The translations under genes were made by a program, and so were the position numbers. Positions 1-8,049 of a stretch of 64,000 nt of DNA are shown here, piece by piece (positions within the stretch are counted from its first letter, which is position 1; each line of letters opens with the position of its first letter). The notes below the pieces were generated by a model. That model did not search any database and was not told the DNA's origin. It saw only the letters and a list, made by a program, of their open reading frames with translations. The stretch is from an uncultured Clostridia bacterium (GTDB taxonomy: Bacteria; Bacillota; Clostridia; TANB77; CAG-508), in contig CANRBJ010000002.1 of the NCBI GenBank assembly GCA_947628815.1, positions 3,584 to 67,583 of the forward strand. The letters are read 5' to 3'.

Positions 1-237
1 CACTGTATCAAGTTTACTTCCTCTTGCGGATCTCTCTGCGTCAAAAGCCATCACCCGACCTTCATTTTCGTCTATCATATCTAAAATATCTGGAATGATG
101 TCTCCGTATTTTTGAAACACAGGATTCTTGAATGAGAGACCATTACGCTCGAGCAAATATGATGTTTCTACAAGTACAGGGCACGACCTGTCACAGATTG
201 TTTCCATGCAATGTGCTGTAAAGATACAATTATTCAT
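1..237 (-). CDS. Hypothetical Cys-rich protein, N-terminal fragment (gene runs off the left window edge)
   Basis: Minus-strand frame is open from the window edge to ATG at 237-235 (MNNCIFTAHCMETICDRSCPVLVETSYLLERNG...). GAGGAGG RBS (245-251) lies 7 nt upstream. Missing from the ORF track only because it is truncated. Confidence 0.45.
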   Translation of the reverse strand, partial: MNNCIFTAHCMETICDRSCPVLVETSYLLERNGLSFKNPVFQKYGDIIPDILDMIDENEGRVMAFDAERSARGSKLDTV

Positions 238-1420
238 TTGCTAACCTCCTCAGCACAGGATTTCTAGATCGCTTATAATTTACCCTGGACCTAACACATG
301 CGCGAGCAATTCCCACAATATCTGTGTATCCTAAATTTAAGTAATTCTCTATCGGTGCAAACAATGTCAAGTAAGGATCGAGTGTCCCATATAGTTTATA
401 ACGATGTTCTATCCCCTTTACATCTCGCTCTAAGAGGTAACGTCTTACTACATACTCTTTGACAAAATCTTTAGTATACGGAATCACCTTTGATTCAGGT
501 AATGTGTACCATATATCTGACACTTTTTTAAGCTCTCCATTGATTTCAACTGTACTATAAAAACTCTTTAACGTCCCGTCTACCTCTTTCATCAACTTAA
601 ATAAATGAGGATATTTGACAAGGTTGTCAATCAACTGCTCTTCTGTATATCCTTCTATAGGAAGTATCAAACCAAGAACAGAGTTTAACTTGATTCCAGG
701 TACTTGATCGTACATACAAGCAGCTCGGGTTCGGATAAGTACGTTAGGATACAAACCCCGAAGTTCAGCATCCCCAATTATCGACTCCTCTGTAGTCGCC
801 GAAATTTCATTCTGCTTTGTTGGTATCTTAGGAAGACTCGGATATATAGTGTAGAGTATACCATCAATGTAGCCTGAAGCCCAAGGTTTGCTAGTATCAA
901 ATTGTGGAACTGTTGGTGACTGTATGTATAAATCAGATTTTGATGTAGGTGTAATGATTGGTCCTGTATTTGAAGAAACAATCACTTGCCGAATAGGTTG
1001 ATTTTTTGGATCTGGTGGTTGCTTTGATTTAATCACTAATGGCGATTGTTTTTCTGCTACAGATTCATTTGATTTGAATTCAACCGAAACCAGCTGAGAC
1101 CAATCAACTGACCTCTTCTGGATAAACTTGCTGCCTATAGCGGATTGAATAATCTTGTCATCTATATCGCCATACTTAGATGGCAATGACATTGGGTCTT
1201 CAAAATCATCATTCAAATAACTATTTCCTTCGACAAACAGATAAGTGATATAGTTAAATACATGCATCACTGTACTCTTATAATCTTGTGTATTTCTGAA
1301 ACTCTTCATCACTTGGTCAATCAGCTTCCTGTGAGCTAATTCAAGCTCCGAGCCGTGAGGCATCTTCTGATATGCTGATCGCATTACTTCTGTAAGGTTC
1401 AGAAAACTATGCGTAATCAT
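230..1420 (-). CDS. Hypothetical early protein
   Basis: ORF track gives 230..1462. The internal ATG at 1420 has an AAGGAGGTG RBS and abuts the stop (1422) of the upstream gene. No family motif recognised. Confidence 0.6.
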   Translation of the reverse strand: MITHSFLNLTEVMRSAYQKMPHGSELELAHRKLIDQVMKSFRNTQDYKSTVMHVFNYITYLFVEGNSYLNDDFEDPMSLPSKYGDIDDKIIQSAIGSKFIQKRSVDWSQLVSVEFKSNESVAEKQSPLVIKSKQPPDPKNQPIRQVIVSSNTGPIITPTSKSDLYIQSPTVPQFDTSKPWASGYIDGILYTIYPSLPKIPTKQNEISATTEESIIGDAELRGLYPNVLIRTRAACMYDQVPGIKLNSVLGLILPIEGYTEEQLIDNLVKYPHLFKLMKEVDGTLKSFYSTVEINGELKKVSDIWYTLPESKVIPYTKDFVKEYVVRRYLLERDVKGIEHRYKLYGTLDPYLTLFAPIENYLNLGYTDIVGIARACVRSRVNYKRSRNPVLRRLANE

Positions 1421-1421
1421 T

Positions 1422-2339
1422 TTAGATAACACCTCCTTGCAATCTCCATCCCAGATGATCAAACACTTCCGGATGTGTCAAGTAATCCTGATAATAGTCA
1501 AGCGACGATGGATTCAAGTTATCACACATATCATAAACTGATCCATCATTGAGATAAAATTCGTCATCTTCTCTGCAGATTTCGCTCAAACCGAAGCTAA
1601 CAAGCATATCCCAAATAACTGCAGCTTCAAGGGTCGCCTGACTACTCAGCGGACTTCTATTGAACTGATAGATATTAAAAGGGATAGCATATCTATCTCT
1701 TGCCTTAGGGTCACTGCTGATTGAATTTAACCATGTCTGGAATTCTTGCATGAAGACAACCTGTGAACCGTCGTGAAGAGACGCACCATACATCATAACA
1801 ATATCACGAATCCATATAGGGAATCGCTTCATATTGTATTTGAATTTACTATTTGATGCTAATCTCAAAAATCGTGTGTCAAACCATCGCCAAAGTAATC
1901 GTGCACATTCATCTACACAAGCATACCCTGAATCTATCGTTGACAATTTACTAAGACATAGCCTATAATCCCTGAGAATCTGACTGCGGTTTCTATTAGA
2001 ACTTTTTGACTTAGCTTGAGAATTTTCTTCCTGCACCGTGTTGACACCTGCAAACGCTTTAAGTTGATCCAACTGAGTCTGCATTATAGTAAGAACAGAA
2101 TTCAGATCTCCAGAACCCCCTCCGAATTCAGCTCCGTCGTCAACAAGCACCTCATCTTGAAGTATTTCGGCTATGATACTAATAACTTGCCCGCATGTTG
2201 ATGCAACATCCCTTAGTCGATCTTTAGATTTTTCGTATAGATTTGGTCTTGTGTCAGCGAGGTCCTTTACATACTTCAAAAGTTTTTCTGTGTTTCTCTG
2301 TGCACTATAAATATCCAATCGCACTGACACCTCCTTCAT
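1422..2339 (-). CDS. Hypothetical early protein
   Basis: ORF track gives 1422..2360 with a TTG start. ATG at 2339 has a GAGGA RBS and follows the stop of a 15-codon uORF by 1 nt. No family motif recognised. Confidence 0.6.
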   Translation of the reverse strand: MKEVSVRLDIYSAQRNTEKLLKYVKDLADTRPNLYEKSKDRLRDVASTCGQVISIIAEILQDEVLVDDGAEFGGGSGDLNSVLTIMQTQLDQLKAFAGVNTVQEENSQAKSKSSNRNRSQILRDYRLCLSKLSTIDSGYACVDECARLLWRWFDTRFLRLASNSKFKYNMKRFPIWIRDIVMMYGASLHDGSQVVFMQEFQTWLNSISSDPKARDRYAIPFNIYQFNRSPLSSQATLEAAVIWDMLVSFGLSEICREDDEFYLNDGSVYDMCDNLNPSSLDYYQDYLTHPEVFDHLGWRLQGGVI

Positions 2340-2340
2340 T

Positions 2341-2388
2341 TTAACTGTCCTCACATACAATGACGAATGCGGCGTTGATACGTATCAT
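2341..2388 (-). CDS. Candidate 15-codon leader peptide (MIRINAAFVIVCEDS), translationally coupled to the 1422..2339 gene
   Basis: ATG at 2388-2386 is preceded by GAGGAGAAAGG. The TAA stop (2343-2341) is 1 nt before the main ATG. The start codon lies inside one arm of the 26-bp leader helix. Confidence 0.3.
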   Translation of the reverse strand: MIRINAAFVIVCEDS

Positions 2389-2515
2389 CCTTTCTCCTCA
2401 GCCACCTACTTCTCAACATCTCTCTAGAAAAGATCGGTACGGTGTAAAAGTGGAACTGTGTGCTACGATGATGCGGTCACCGCTCACCAGATGATACATA
2501 CCAACGCCGCATTCG
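2364..2515 (-). promoter_or_regulatory. Structured 5' leader: 26-bp helix enclosing ~100 nt
   Basis: Arms 2364-2389 and 2490-2515 pair over 26 positions. The only two non-Watson-Crick positions are A-C and C-A on the plus strand but G-U and U-G on the minus strand, the transcribed strand downstream of promoter 2532-2560. Confidence 0.6.
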
Positions 2516-2531
2516 CTGATGTGTATAATCT

Positions 2532-2560
2532 ATTATAAGCCCTGAACCAAAATTTGTCAA
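2532..2560 (-). promoter_or_regulatory. Sigma-A consensus promoter (TTGACA-17 nt-TATAAT) driving the leftward early operon
   Basis: On the minus strand, TTGACA (2560-2555), an exactly 17-nt spacer, then TATAAT (2537-2532). Confidence 0.7.
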
Positions 2561-2574
2561 TACCTTTTCATCAA

Positions 2575-2589
2575 TTTCTATAACGATTT
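2575..2589 (-). promoter_or_regulatory. Phage promoter-motif copy (AATCGTTA-TAGAAA)
   Basis: Member of the recurrent ATTCGTTA+TAnnAT family. Lies upstream of, and in tandem with, the sigma-A consensus promoter. Confidence 0.45.
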
Positions 2590-2649
2590 TTGCTATACGC
2601 AATTTCTTCATTTTTCAAATAATTTGTGAAGGTGATAGTATGAGCTGCT

Positions 2650-2722
2650 TATTCATTTTATTCTTTTTTATTTTATTTTATTTTATTTTATTTTTTATAA
2701 TTCATATTTATATTTATATTTA
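2650..2722. repeat. AT-rich microsatellite block: (TTTTA)5 at 2666-2690 and (ATATTT)3 at 2704-2721
   Basis: Tandem repeats read directly from the sequence, immediately adjacent to the iteron array. Resembles a DNA-unwinding element. Confidence 0.9.
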
Positions 2723-2727
2723 TGTGT

Positions 2728-2905
2728 CAATCTCTTCATTTTTGGCCAAATTGACTAGGCAATCTCTTCATTTTTATCCAAATTGATAAAAGGTATCTTT
2801 TTATCAATCTCTTCATTTTTGGTAAGATTGAAACAATCTCTTCATTTTTGGCCAAATTGACCTACTATTTAAGATTGTCAATCTCTTCATTTTTGGCCAA
2901 ATTGA
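2728..2905 (+). repeat. Five direct 27-bp iterons, CAATCTCTTCATTTTTGGCCAAATTGA
   Basis: Copies at 2728-2754, 2760-2786 (2 mismatches), 2805-2831 (4 mismatches), 2834-2860 and 2879-2905. A degenerate sixth copy is at 2600-2626. Gaps between copies are 5, 18, 2 and 18 nt. Confidence 0.9.
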
Positions 2906-2961
2906 TATGAATAATTGTTCAAAAACTAACCAAATTGGGTTACTAAATTTCTCAAAACTTA

Positions 2962-2990
2962 TTGACTTCTTAGCAAAAATATCATATAAT
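2962..2990 (+). promoter_or_regulatory. Sigma-A consensus promoter (TTGACT-17 nt-TATAAT) driving the rightward sigma-like gene
   Basis: TTGACT at 2962-2967, 17-nt spacer, TATAAT at 2985-2990. Confidence 0.75.
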
Positions 2991-3106
2991 TATATTGCAG
3001 GTATCTTTATCCATCAGCACCTCACTCTATTTATCAATTATCTTGATTTTAGCAAAATTGATTGAATTTGTTTCAGAAATAAACAAATTTATAAGAGCTC
3101 CATGAA

Positions 3107-3120
3107 AATCGTTATAATAT
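3107..3120 (+). promoter_or_regulatory. Phage promoter-motif copy (AATCGTTATAATAT), the only plus-strand copy
   Basis: Same motif as the ~17 minus-strand copies. Here it is in plus orientation, 66 nt upstream of the only plus-strand gene. Confidence 0.5.
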
Positions 3121-3185
3121 AATGAATGGGTACAATGACCAGGAATGTTGTATCAGAGGATGAGATTTATAAGGGGAATACATAA

Positions 3186-3956
3186 ATGGATCAGTCGGAC
3201 TACAGCTCAAAAAGCGAATACGTAAAGCAAAAAACTATTGAGCTATACGATTCGCTATCGCAAAATTTAGAGGAAAGGATGAGTCGCTTAGATGTACGAG
3301 ATAAGGTGATAGATCTCAACTATTCCTTTTTCGGCTACATAGCATCACACACATTCATCAATAATTCATCAATTACTTATGAGGATAAATTTCAATCAGC
3401 ACTCCTACACTTCTGTGAATGTTGGTGGAAGTGGAGGTGGGGAGGTGATGAAAATCATAAAGGATATAGAAAAGATCTGTCGTTTGCAGTTTTCTTCAAA
3501 CCACGGGTTGGAGAAATGATAGAACGCGAATTGAATGAAGTTAAATATTCAACACGACGATCTTTATGTATAGAGGTTGGGAGGCAGCTAGGTAAACATT
3601 GGGGAAAAGTTACATATGATGATTTATCAGATCCTCGCTTGAAACTTACTGCAGATAAGATGATGGCTCTCAAAGCTATCTTTGGAACACTTTATACAGC
3701 AGATCTCGAAGAACATGCGTTGTATATACCTGCTGAACCTACCATTTCAGAATCCTTTCTCGATAAGATGAATGATAAATATAACGACCTTGAAAGTTTA
3801 CTTATAGATGAAATGGTGAGAACTGAAGAAAAGATTACAGAGGCAAAGTTAATGCATATGTCAGAGATGTATGGTATAGATATAAATTTACTTCGAGATG
3901 CATCATCTAACGCGGAACGAAAACTTTATGTGAATTTGAAAAAGCAGTTAACATAA
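3186..3956 (+). CDS. Sigma-70-family-like transcription factor (phage sigma factor candidate)
   Basis: Region-2-like stretch (VIDLNYSFFGYIASHT...YEDKFQSALLHFCECWWKW...LSFAVFFKPRVGEMIEREL). C-terminal region-4-like HTH (LMHMSEMYGIDINLLRDASSNAERKL). GGGGAA RBS. Confidence 0.5.
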   Translation: MDQSDYSSKSEYVKQKTIELYDSLSQNLEERMSRLDVRDKVIDLNYSFFGYIASHTFINNSSITYEDKFQSALLHFCECWWKWRWGGDENHKGYRKDLSFAVFFKPRVGEMIERELNEVKYSTRRSLCIEVGRQLGKHWGKVTYDDLSDPRLKLTADKMMALKAIFGTLYTADLEEHALYIPAEPTISESFLDKMNDKYNDLESLLIDEMVRTEEKITEAKLMHMSEMYGIDINLLRDASSNAERKLYVNLKKQLT

Positions 3957-3984
3957 ACAAGGTGTTTGAATAATATAAAAGAAT

Positions 3985-4032
3985 AAAAAATAGAACCTAA
4001 CAGGTGATGAATCTGCTGGGTTCTATTTTTTT
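3985..4032. terminator. Bidirectional rho-independent terminator between convergent genes
   Basis: Stem TAGAACC (3991-3997) pairs with GGTTCTA (4019-4025), with an inner CAG/CTG. Flanked by an A6 run upstream and a T7 run downstream. Confidence 0.8.
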
Positions 4033-4054
4033 GTTTCAAAGATTTTAGTGTATA

Positions 4055-5032
4055 TTATGCTGCGAGATCATCTGCAACATTGAGGAAAGTTATAACTTTG
4101 CTTGTTTCTGTTGAAGACTTTACACCAGGAAGAATTCCCATTCGGTAGCTGATGTCGTATGCTTTATCCGCGGATTTATGATAATGCTGCGTAAAGTCTG
4201 TTAGTGCATTGAAGATTTGCCACTGAGTACCTCTGTAATTAGCAAGGTTGTCAGCATCCATGCATTGAGTAAGAAATGTGTCACGAATAACGAAGTTGTT
4301 TTCATTCGCCTTTGTAGAAAGCAGCTGGCCGTCTGCAATCTGATACGGGAAAAGAATATCAAGCAGCTTTTCTATGTAACTTTTGTCTACCTTCTTCATG
4401 ACCATATTTTCTGCTCGTTTCTTAAGAGACGTGATAGCTGAATCGACACTATTAATAAGATTTAACGCAAGCTGAGAATTGATTGTGATGTCAGCTGTGA
4501 TAGGAACACGAAGTTTATAAAGACTTGTGCTGAGTGCTTCGCTCAATGTATTCTGACAAACTACACGAACTGGCGTATTGAGAACTGTAACCTTTCCGTC
4601 TGCTTTCAAATGGTCATTTACAATAACAAAATAGTGGTCCAAATCGTCGTCGAGCAATCTGTACTGTTCACGAATTTTAAAACAGCCGAAGACAGTTTCG
4701 CCTCTACCGAGACTTGCTGCAGTTTCAACATCGAGCTGATTGCCGATCATATGTTCAACTGCATTGAATGTATCAGTATTCTGTACCAAGATAGGTTTTG
4801 TCTTGTGAATGACACCGAGAATCTCTTGATTATCTTCACGATAAATTGCATTCCATCCAGGGACATTACCGTGAATGTCTGTCTTCATATTTTCGTAGTT
4901 AGTCGTCCATCCAAGCTCTGCACCTGCGATAATTTCTGCTGCGGTCTTAGGCGGGTCAAGCGTCATATCTCTTCCTAATCCATGCCATGGAGTCTCTCCT
5001 ACATAGAGCATTGAGTTGATGTTTGCTGGCAT
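4055..5032 (-). CDS. DUF932-family phage/plasmid protein
   Basis: N-terminus MLYVGETPWHGLGRDM...TAAEIIAGAELGWT is typical of DUF932 (phage/plasmid-like protein family). AAGGAGGAAT RBS. Confidence 0.65.
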   Translation of the reverse strand: MPANINSMLYVGETPWHGLGRDMTLDPPKTAAEIIAGAELGWTTNYENMKTDIHGNVPGWNAIYREDNQEILGVIHKTKPILVQNTDTFNAVEHMIGNQLDVETAASLGRGETVFGCFKIREQYRLLDDDLDHYFVIVNDHLKADGKVTVLNTPVRVVCQNTLSEALSTSLYKLRVPITADITINSQLALNLINSVDSAITSLKKRAENMVMKKVDKSYIEKLLDILFPYQIADGQLLSTKANENNFVIRDTFLTQCMDADNLANYRGTQWQIFNALTDFTQHYHKSADKAYDISYRMGILPGVKSSTETSKVITFLNVADDLAA

Positions 5033-5116
5033 CTTTAAATTCCTCCTTGAGATTTTTGTTTACATTAACGATTCGAATAGCTTTGTATCACAACACCTGA
5101 ATCGTACTTGTATATT

Positions 5117-5131
5117 ATACTATAACGATTC
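5117..5131 (-). promoter_or_regulatory. Phage promoter-motif copy (AATCGTTA-TAGTAT)
   Basis: Motif family member, 85 nt upstream of the DUF932 start. A weaker variant (GAATCGTTAA) is at 5064-5073. Confidence 0.5.
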
Positions 5132-5154
5132 GGTGAGGTTTTACAGAACAAATC

Positions 5155-5253
5155 AAAAAATGTAACACCACGAGATTTAAGTTTAACAAGCAAAATCTGG
5201 TAGGTACATAAAAATTTACCACCAGGTATGTAAACTAATGATCTCGTGGTGTT
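5155..5253 (-). terminator. Long compound hairpin followed by a T6 run (terminator or structured RNA)
   Basis: A 13-bp outer stem (5164-5176 with 5241-5253) encloses a 9-bp inner stem (5197-5206 with 5217-5225, one bulge). On the minus strand it is followed by ACA-TTTTTT (5155-5160). Confidence 0.5.
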
Positions 5254-5276
5254 CTCTATTAGCAAGCTAAAAGATA

Positions 5277-5765
5277 TCAGATGATGTCATCTAATAAGTC
5301 AAGATCTTTCATACCCTGAACAATAGAGACAAATGAATAGTCCTCTTCGAGCATATCAAGTGCAATCTGATTGATGCTAACAGGGAGGCTTATTTCATAT
5401 GGTGAAAGATATCTCTTAATGATTTCGTCAGTAGCAGGTTGGATGTAAGATTGTAATTCTTCCTCTGAGTATTCATAAAAAGCATCTTCAGGATAAACAT
5501 CAGAGTCTACGCCAACTTGAATATCTTCACCATCTGTAACACAGAGATAAAGAGTATTTGCATTAGAATCAAGATAGCTACCATATAGCTTATCGATGTC
5601 AAAAGTTTGAAATCCATACACCTGTACAAGGTAACGGAAGACATCATTGTCTTCATATGTATCATAGAAATTCACCAGTTCTTCCTCTGTTATCTTGTAG
5701 AATACTGTGCCTTTCTGTGTTGCTCCTCTAATTGGATTCGCAGAACTATTGATAGTAAGTTTCAT
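5277..5765 (-). CDS. Hypothetical acidic protein
   Basis: ORF track gives 5277..5822. The internal ATG at 5765 (MKLTINSS) has a GAGGT RBS and overlaps the stop of the upstream gene (ATGA-type junction). Confidence 0.6.
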   Translation of the reverse strand: MKLTINSSANPIRGATQKGTVFYKITEEELVNFYDTYEDNDVFRYLVQVYGFQTFDIDKLYGSYLDSNANTLYLCVTDGEDIQVGVDSDVYPEDAFYEYSEEELQSYIQPATDEIIKRYLSPYEISLPVSINQIALDMLEEDYSFVSIVQGMKDLDLLDDII

Positions 5766-5766
5766 A

Positions 5767-6117
5767 TCACACCTCTTTGCTTTCTTCAGGTTCGTCCCTC
5801 TTCGGCACGTAGTTGACACCATTCCTGAGTTTTGTTTTCTTGTCGCCAGTCAATTTAGCATACTTGTAGTTATTCCTGATGTATTGCCAGAAGTAATGAC
5901 CTTTACTGCTGGCAGTATGCCAACGTCTATATACAATAACTGGGACATCGTAGTAAACATATATGTCGTCAGGTCCGCCGTTCTTACCCTTGAATTGAAC
6001 ATAAACATCACCTGTTTTGTCTTTTGCTCCTCGAACGTTGATATTATACGCCCAGATATTAGAGGACTTGACTCTAATCATACTTTTTGTTATATCTTTA
6101 GAGCTGATAGAGGCCAT
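5767..6117 (-). CDS. KTSC-domain protein
   Basis: YVQFKGKNGGPDDIYVYYDVPVIVYRRWHTASSKGHYFWQYIRNNYKY matches the KTSC domain pattern. The ATG at 6117 (MASISS) is preferred over the track start at 6192. Confidence 0.6.
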   Translation of the reverse strand: MASISSKDITKSMIRVKSSNIWAYNINVRGAKDKTGDVYVQFKGKNGGPDDIYVYYDVPVIVYRRWHTASSKGHYFWQYIRNNYKYAKLTGDKKTKLRNGVNYVPKRDEPEESKEV

Positions 6118-6232
6118 TATTGACTCTCTTTCAGATGCTGTGCAAAATGCGATATCAACTATCTGCACACGAGGAGTACGCCGTATCCTCATTCAAATAG
6201 ACCTCCTTAGCTGATTTCAACTGTATAAAAGG

Positions 6233-6676
6233 TTACATTGTCTGGCACTTATGTGCTTCAGAGGTTGCGATTTGGTCACACCGTTCATTCATTAGATCTC
6301 CTGAATGCCCTTTGACCCAGTGGAAAATAACTTTGTGATTTTCCATGAGCCGAATTAGTTCAACCCAGAGGTCTTGATTTTTGACTGGTTTATTATCAGA
6401 CGTATGCCATCCAGATCTCTGCCAGCCTTTTATCCATCCTTTGTTGACTGCATTTACAATATATGCAGAATCTGAATAGATATGTACTTCACACGATACT
6501 TTTAGTGCTTTGATGCCTTCAATTACAGCAGATAATTCCATTCGGTTGTTAGTTGTATCTGATAGGCCGCCGCATATAACTTTCTCTTGATCTTTATATT
6601 GTAAGATTGCAGCGTATCCACCAGGTCCTGGATTGCCGATACACGCACCATCTGTATAAATAGTTACTTGTTTCAT
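6233..6676 (-). CDS. rnhA: Ribonuclease HI
   Basis: IYTDGACIGNPGPGGYAAIL...TNNRMELSAVIEGIKAL...IYSDSAYIVN...WVKGHSGDLMNERCDQIA carries the canonical RNase H DEDD motifs. Confidence 0.9.
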   Translation of the reverse strand: MKQVTIYTDGACIGNPGPGGYAAILQYKDQEKVICGGLSDTTNNRMELSAVIEGIKALKVSCEVHIYSDSAYIVNAVNKGWIKGWQRSGWHTSDNKPVKNQDLWVELIRLMENHKVIFHWVKGHSGDLMNERCDQIATSEAHKCQTM

Positions 6677-6687
6677 ATTTTTACCTC

Positions 6688-6727
6688 CAAATAAAGATAG
6701 CGTACACCGCCAGTGATGTACGCTATC
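6688..6727 (-). terminator. Hairpin plus T-rich tract after folE, overlapping the rnhA promoter motif
   Basis: 11-bp stem GATAGCGTACA (6696-6706) with TGTACGCTATC (6717-6727). On the minus strand it is followed by TTTATTT. Confidence 0.5.
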
Positions 6728-6738
6728 TATAACGAATC
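6724..6738 (-). promoter_or_regulatory. Phage promoter-motif copy (ATTCGTTA-TAGATA)
   Basis: Motif family member, 48 nt upstream of the rnhA start. Confidence 0.5.
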
Positions 6739-6746
6739 CGTGAATA

Positions 6747-7370
6747 TTAGTTGCGAATGAGACTATAGAATTCTTTTCTCAAATCGCTGTCGTTTTTGAA
6801 TGAGCCTCTAAGAGTAGCTGTACGAGTTACAGTACCAGGTTTCTTGATACCTCTCATTGTCATACACGCGTGTTCGCCTTCAATGACGACGATGATGTCT
6901 TCTGTGTCTAGTATCCGCTCAAGGACATCTGCGATATCTGAGCCGATTCTCTCCTGAAGCTGTAATCTCTTTGAAACCATATCAGCTACACGGGCAATCT
7001 TGCTCAATCCGATGACCTTACCGTTTGGAATGTAGCCTACGTGGACTCGCATCGAATACATGGTCGCCAGATGATGCTCGCACGTACTGAAGATAGGAAT
7101 GTTGGTTACCGTTACCAGGTCGTCGCTTACATCTTCATCAAAGCAGACGTCGAACATATCTGCGAGTTCTTTGTTGGTGTAGTTCATGCCTTCGAAGATC
7201 TCATCGTACATACGTCTTACTCGATTAGGCGTCTTTACAAGTCCAGGACGATCTGGATCATCTCCGATAGCAAGAATCAAATTGTATATACATTTCTCCA
7301 TGATATCTTCTCTAGTATCTGAGATTTCAACTCTTTTTAATTTAGATCTGTTGTCTTCAAAACAGTTCAT
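6747..7370 (-). CDS. folE: GTP cyclohydrolase I
   Basis: [35 protein letters not shown]...[15 protein letters not shown]...[16 protein letters not shown] are FolE signature segments. Confidence 0.9.
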   Translation of the reverse strand: MNCFEDNRSKLKRVEISDTREDIMEKCIYNLILAIGDDPDRPGLVKTPNRVRRMYDEIFEGMNYTNKELADMFDVCFDEDVSDDLVTVTNIPIFSTCEHHLATMYSMRVHVGYIPNGKVIGLSKIARVADMVSKRLQLQERIGSDIADVLERILDTEDIIVVIEGEHACMTMRGIKKPGTVTRTATLRGSFKNDSDLRKEFYSLIRN

Positions 7371-7374
7371 ACTA

Positions 7375-8049
7375 TTACACTCCTCTCATTTCAGGTGGCC
7401 AAATAAACTTGTGCATCTGAAGCTGCATTCGAACATTGTTAAGATTGTTCTTGAGCAAATACTCTACAATTTCTTTCGGCTCGATTTTTTCAAATACAGG
7501 GCTCACGAAATAGGTTGCATTTGTTTGATTGCTCTGGACAATAGTCCGCATCTGGTCAAGGTCCTCGGCAGAGCCTACTACGAATTTCAATACATCTTTT
7601 TCTCTTAGAAAACCTATATTACTGTCGATCATCCTGTTCGACATTCCGCTTGTTTTGCTCTTCCAATCCATTGTAATGATGACATTATCCATAACTGTAT
7701 GAGGTAATTTCCTGTAAAGATCAAGCAAACTGATCGCTCCGTTTGTTTCTATGTTTACAGTTTCTACAGAAGTTTCAGACAGTATTCGTGGTATAAGTTC
7801 ATACACAGATGGATCTAATAGCGGCTCCCCTCCGGTGAGTGTAACTCGTTTGGCCAAGCTGTAATTTTCTTTCAGTAAATTTATGATAAAATCTACTGTA
7901 AGGTCTGTGTAGTCCTTGCCTTCTACTGCATACATTGAATCACAGTATGAACAACGAAGATTACATCCAAATGTCCTTATGAATACTGTAGGATAACCTG
8001 CAGTTATGCCTTCTCCGTCAATGCTCTCGAATATTTCTGATACTTTCAT
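7375..8049 (-). CDS. queE: 7-carboxy-7-deazaguanine synthase (radical SAM)
   Basis: [33 protein letters not shown] is the QueE-type radical-SAM cluster motif. Located within the que operon. Confidence 0.9.
   Translation of the reverse strand: MKVSEIFESIDGEGITAGYPTVFIRTFGCNLRCSYCDSMYAVEGKDYTDLTVDFIINLLKENYSLAKRVTLTGGEPLLDPSVYELIPRILSETSVETVNIETNGAISLLDLYRKLPHTVMDNVIITMDWKSKTSGMSNRMIDSNIGFLREKDVLKFVVGSAEDLDQMRTIVQSNQTNATYFVSPVFEKIEPKEIVEYLLKNNLNNVRMQLQMHKFIWPPEMRGV

Noticed and set aside
2728-2905. Possible CRISPR array, suggested by five near-identical 27-bp direct repeats.
   Set aside because: The gaps between repeats are only 5, 18, 2 and 18 nt, which is irregular and far shorter than spacers. 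There are no cas genes, and the repeats sit between divergent promoters next to AT-rich microsatellites. The block is better explained as iterons or operators.
5065-5265. 66-aa minus-strand ORF in the gap between two operons.
   Set aside because: It has no RBS. It is fully occupied by two promoter-motif copies and the 13-bp + 9-bp compound hairpin with its T-tract, so it is more likely non-coding.
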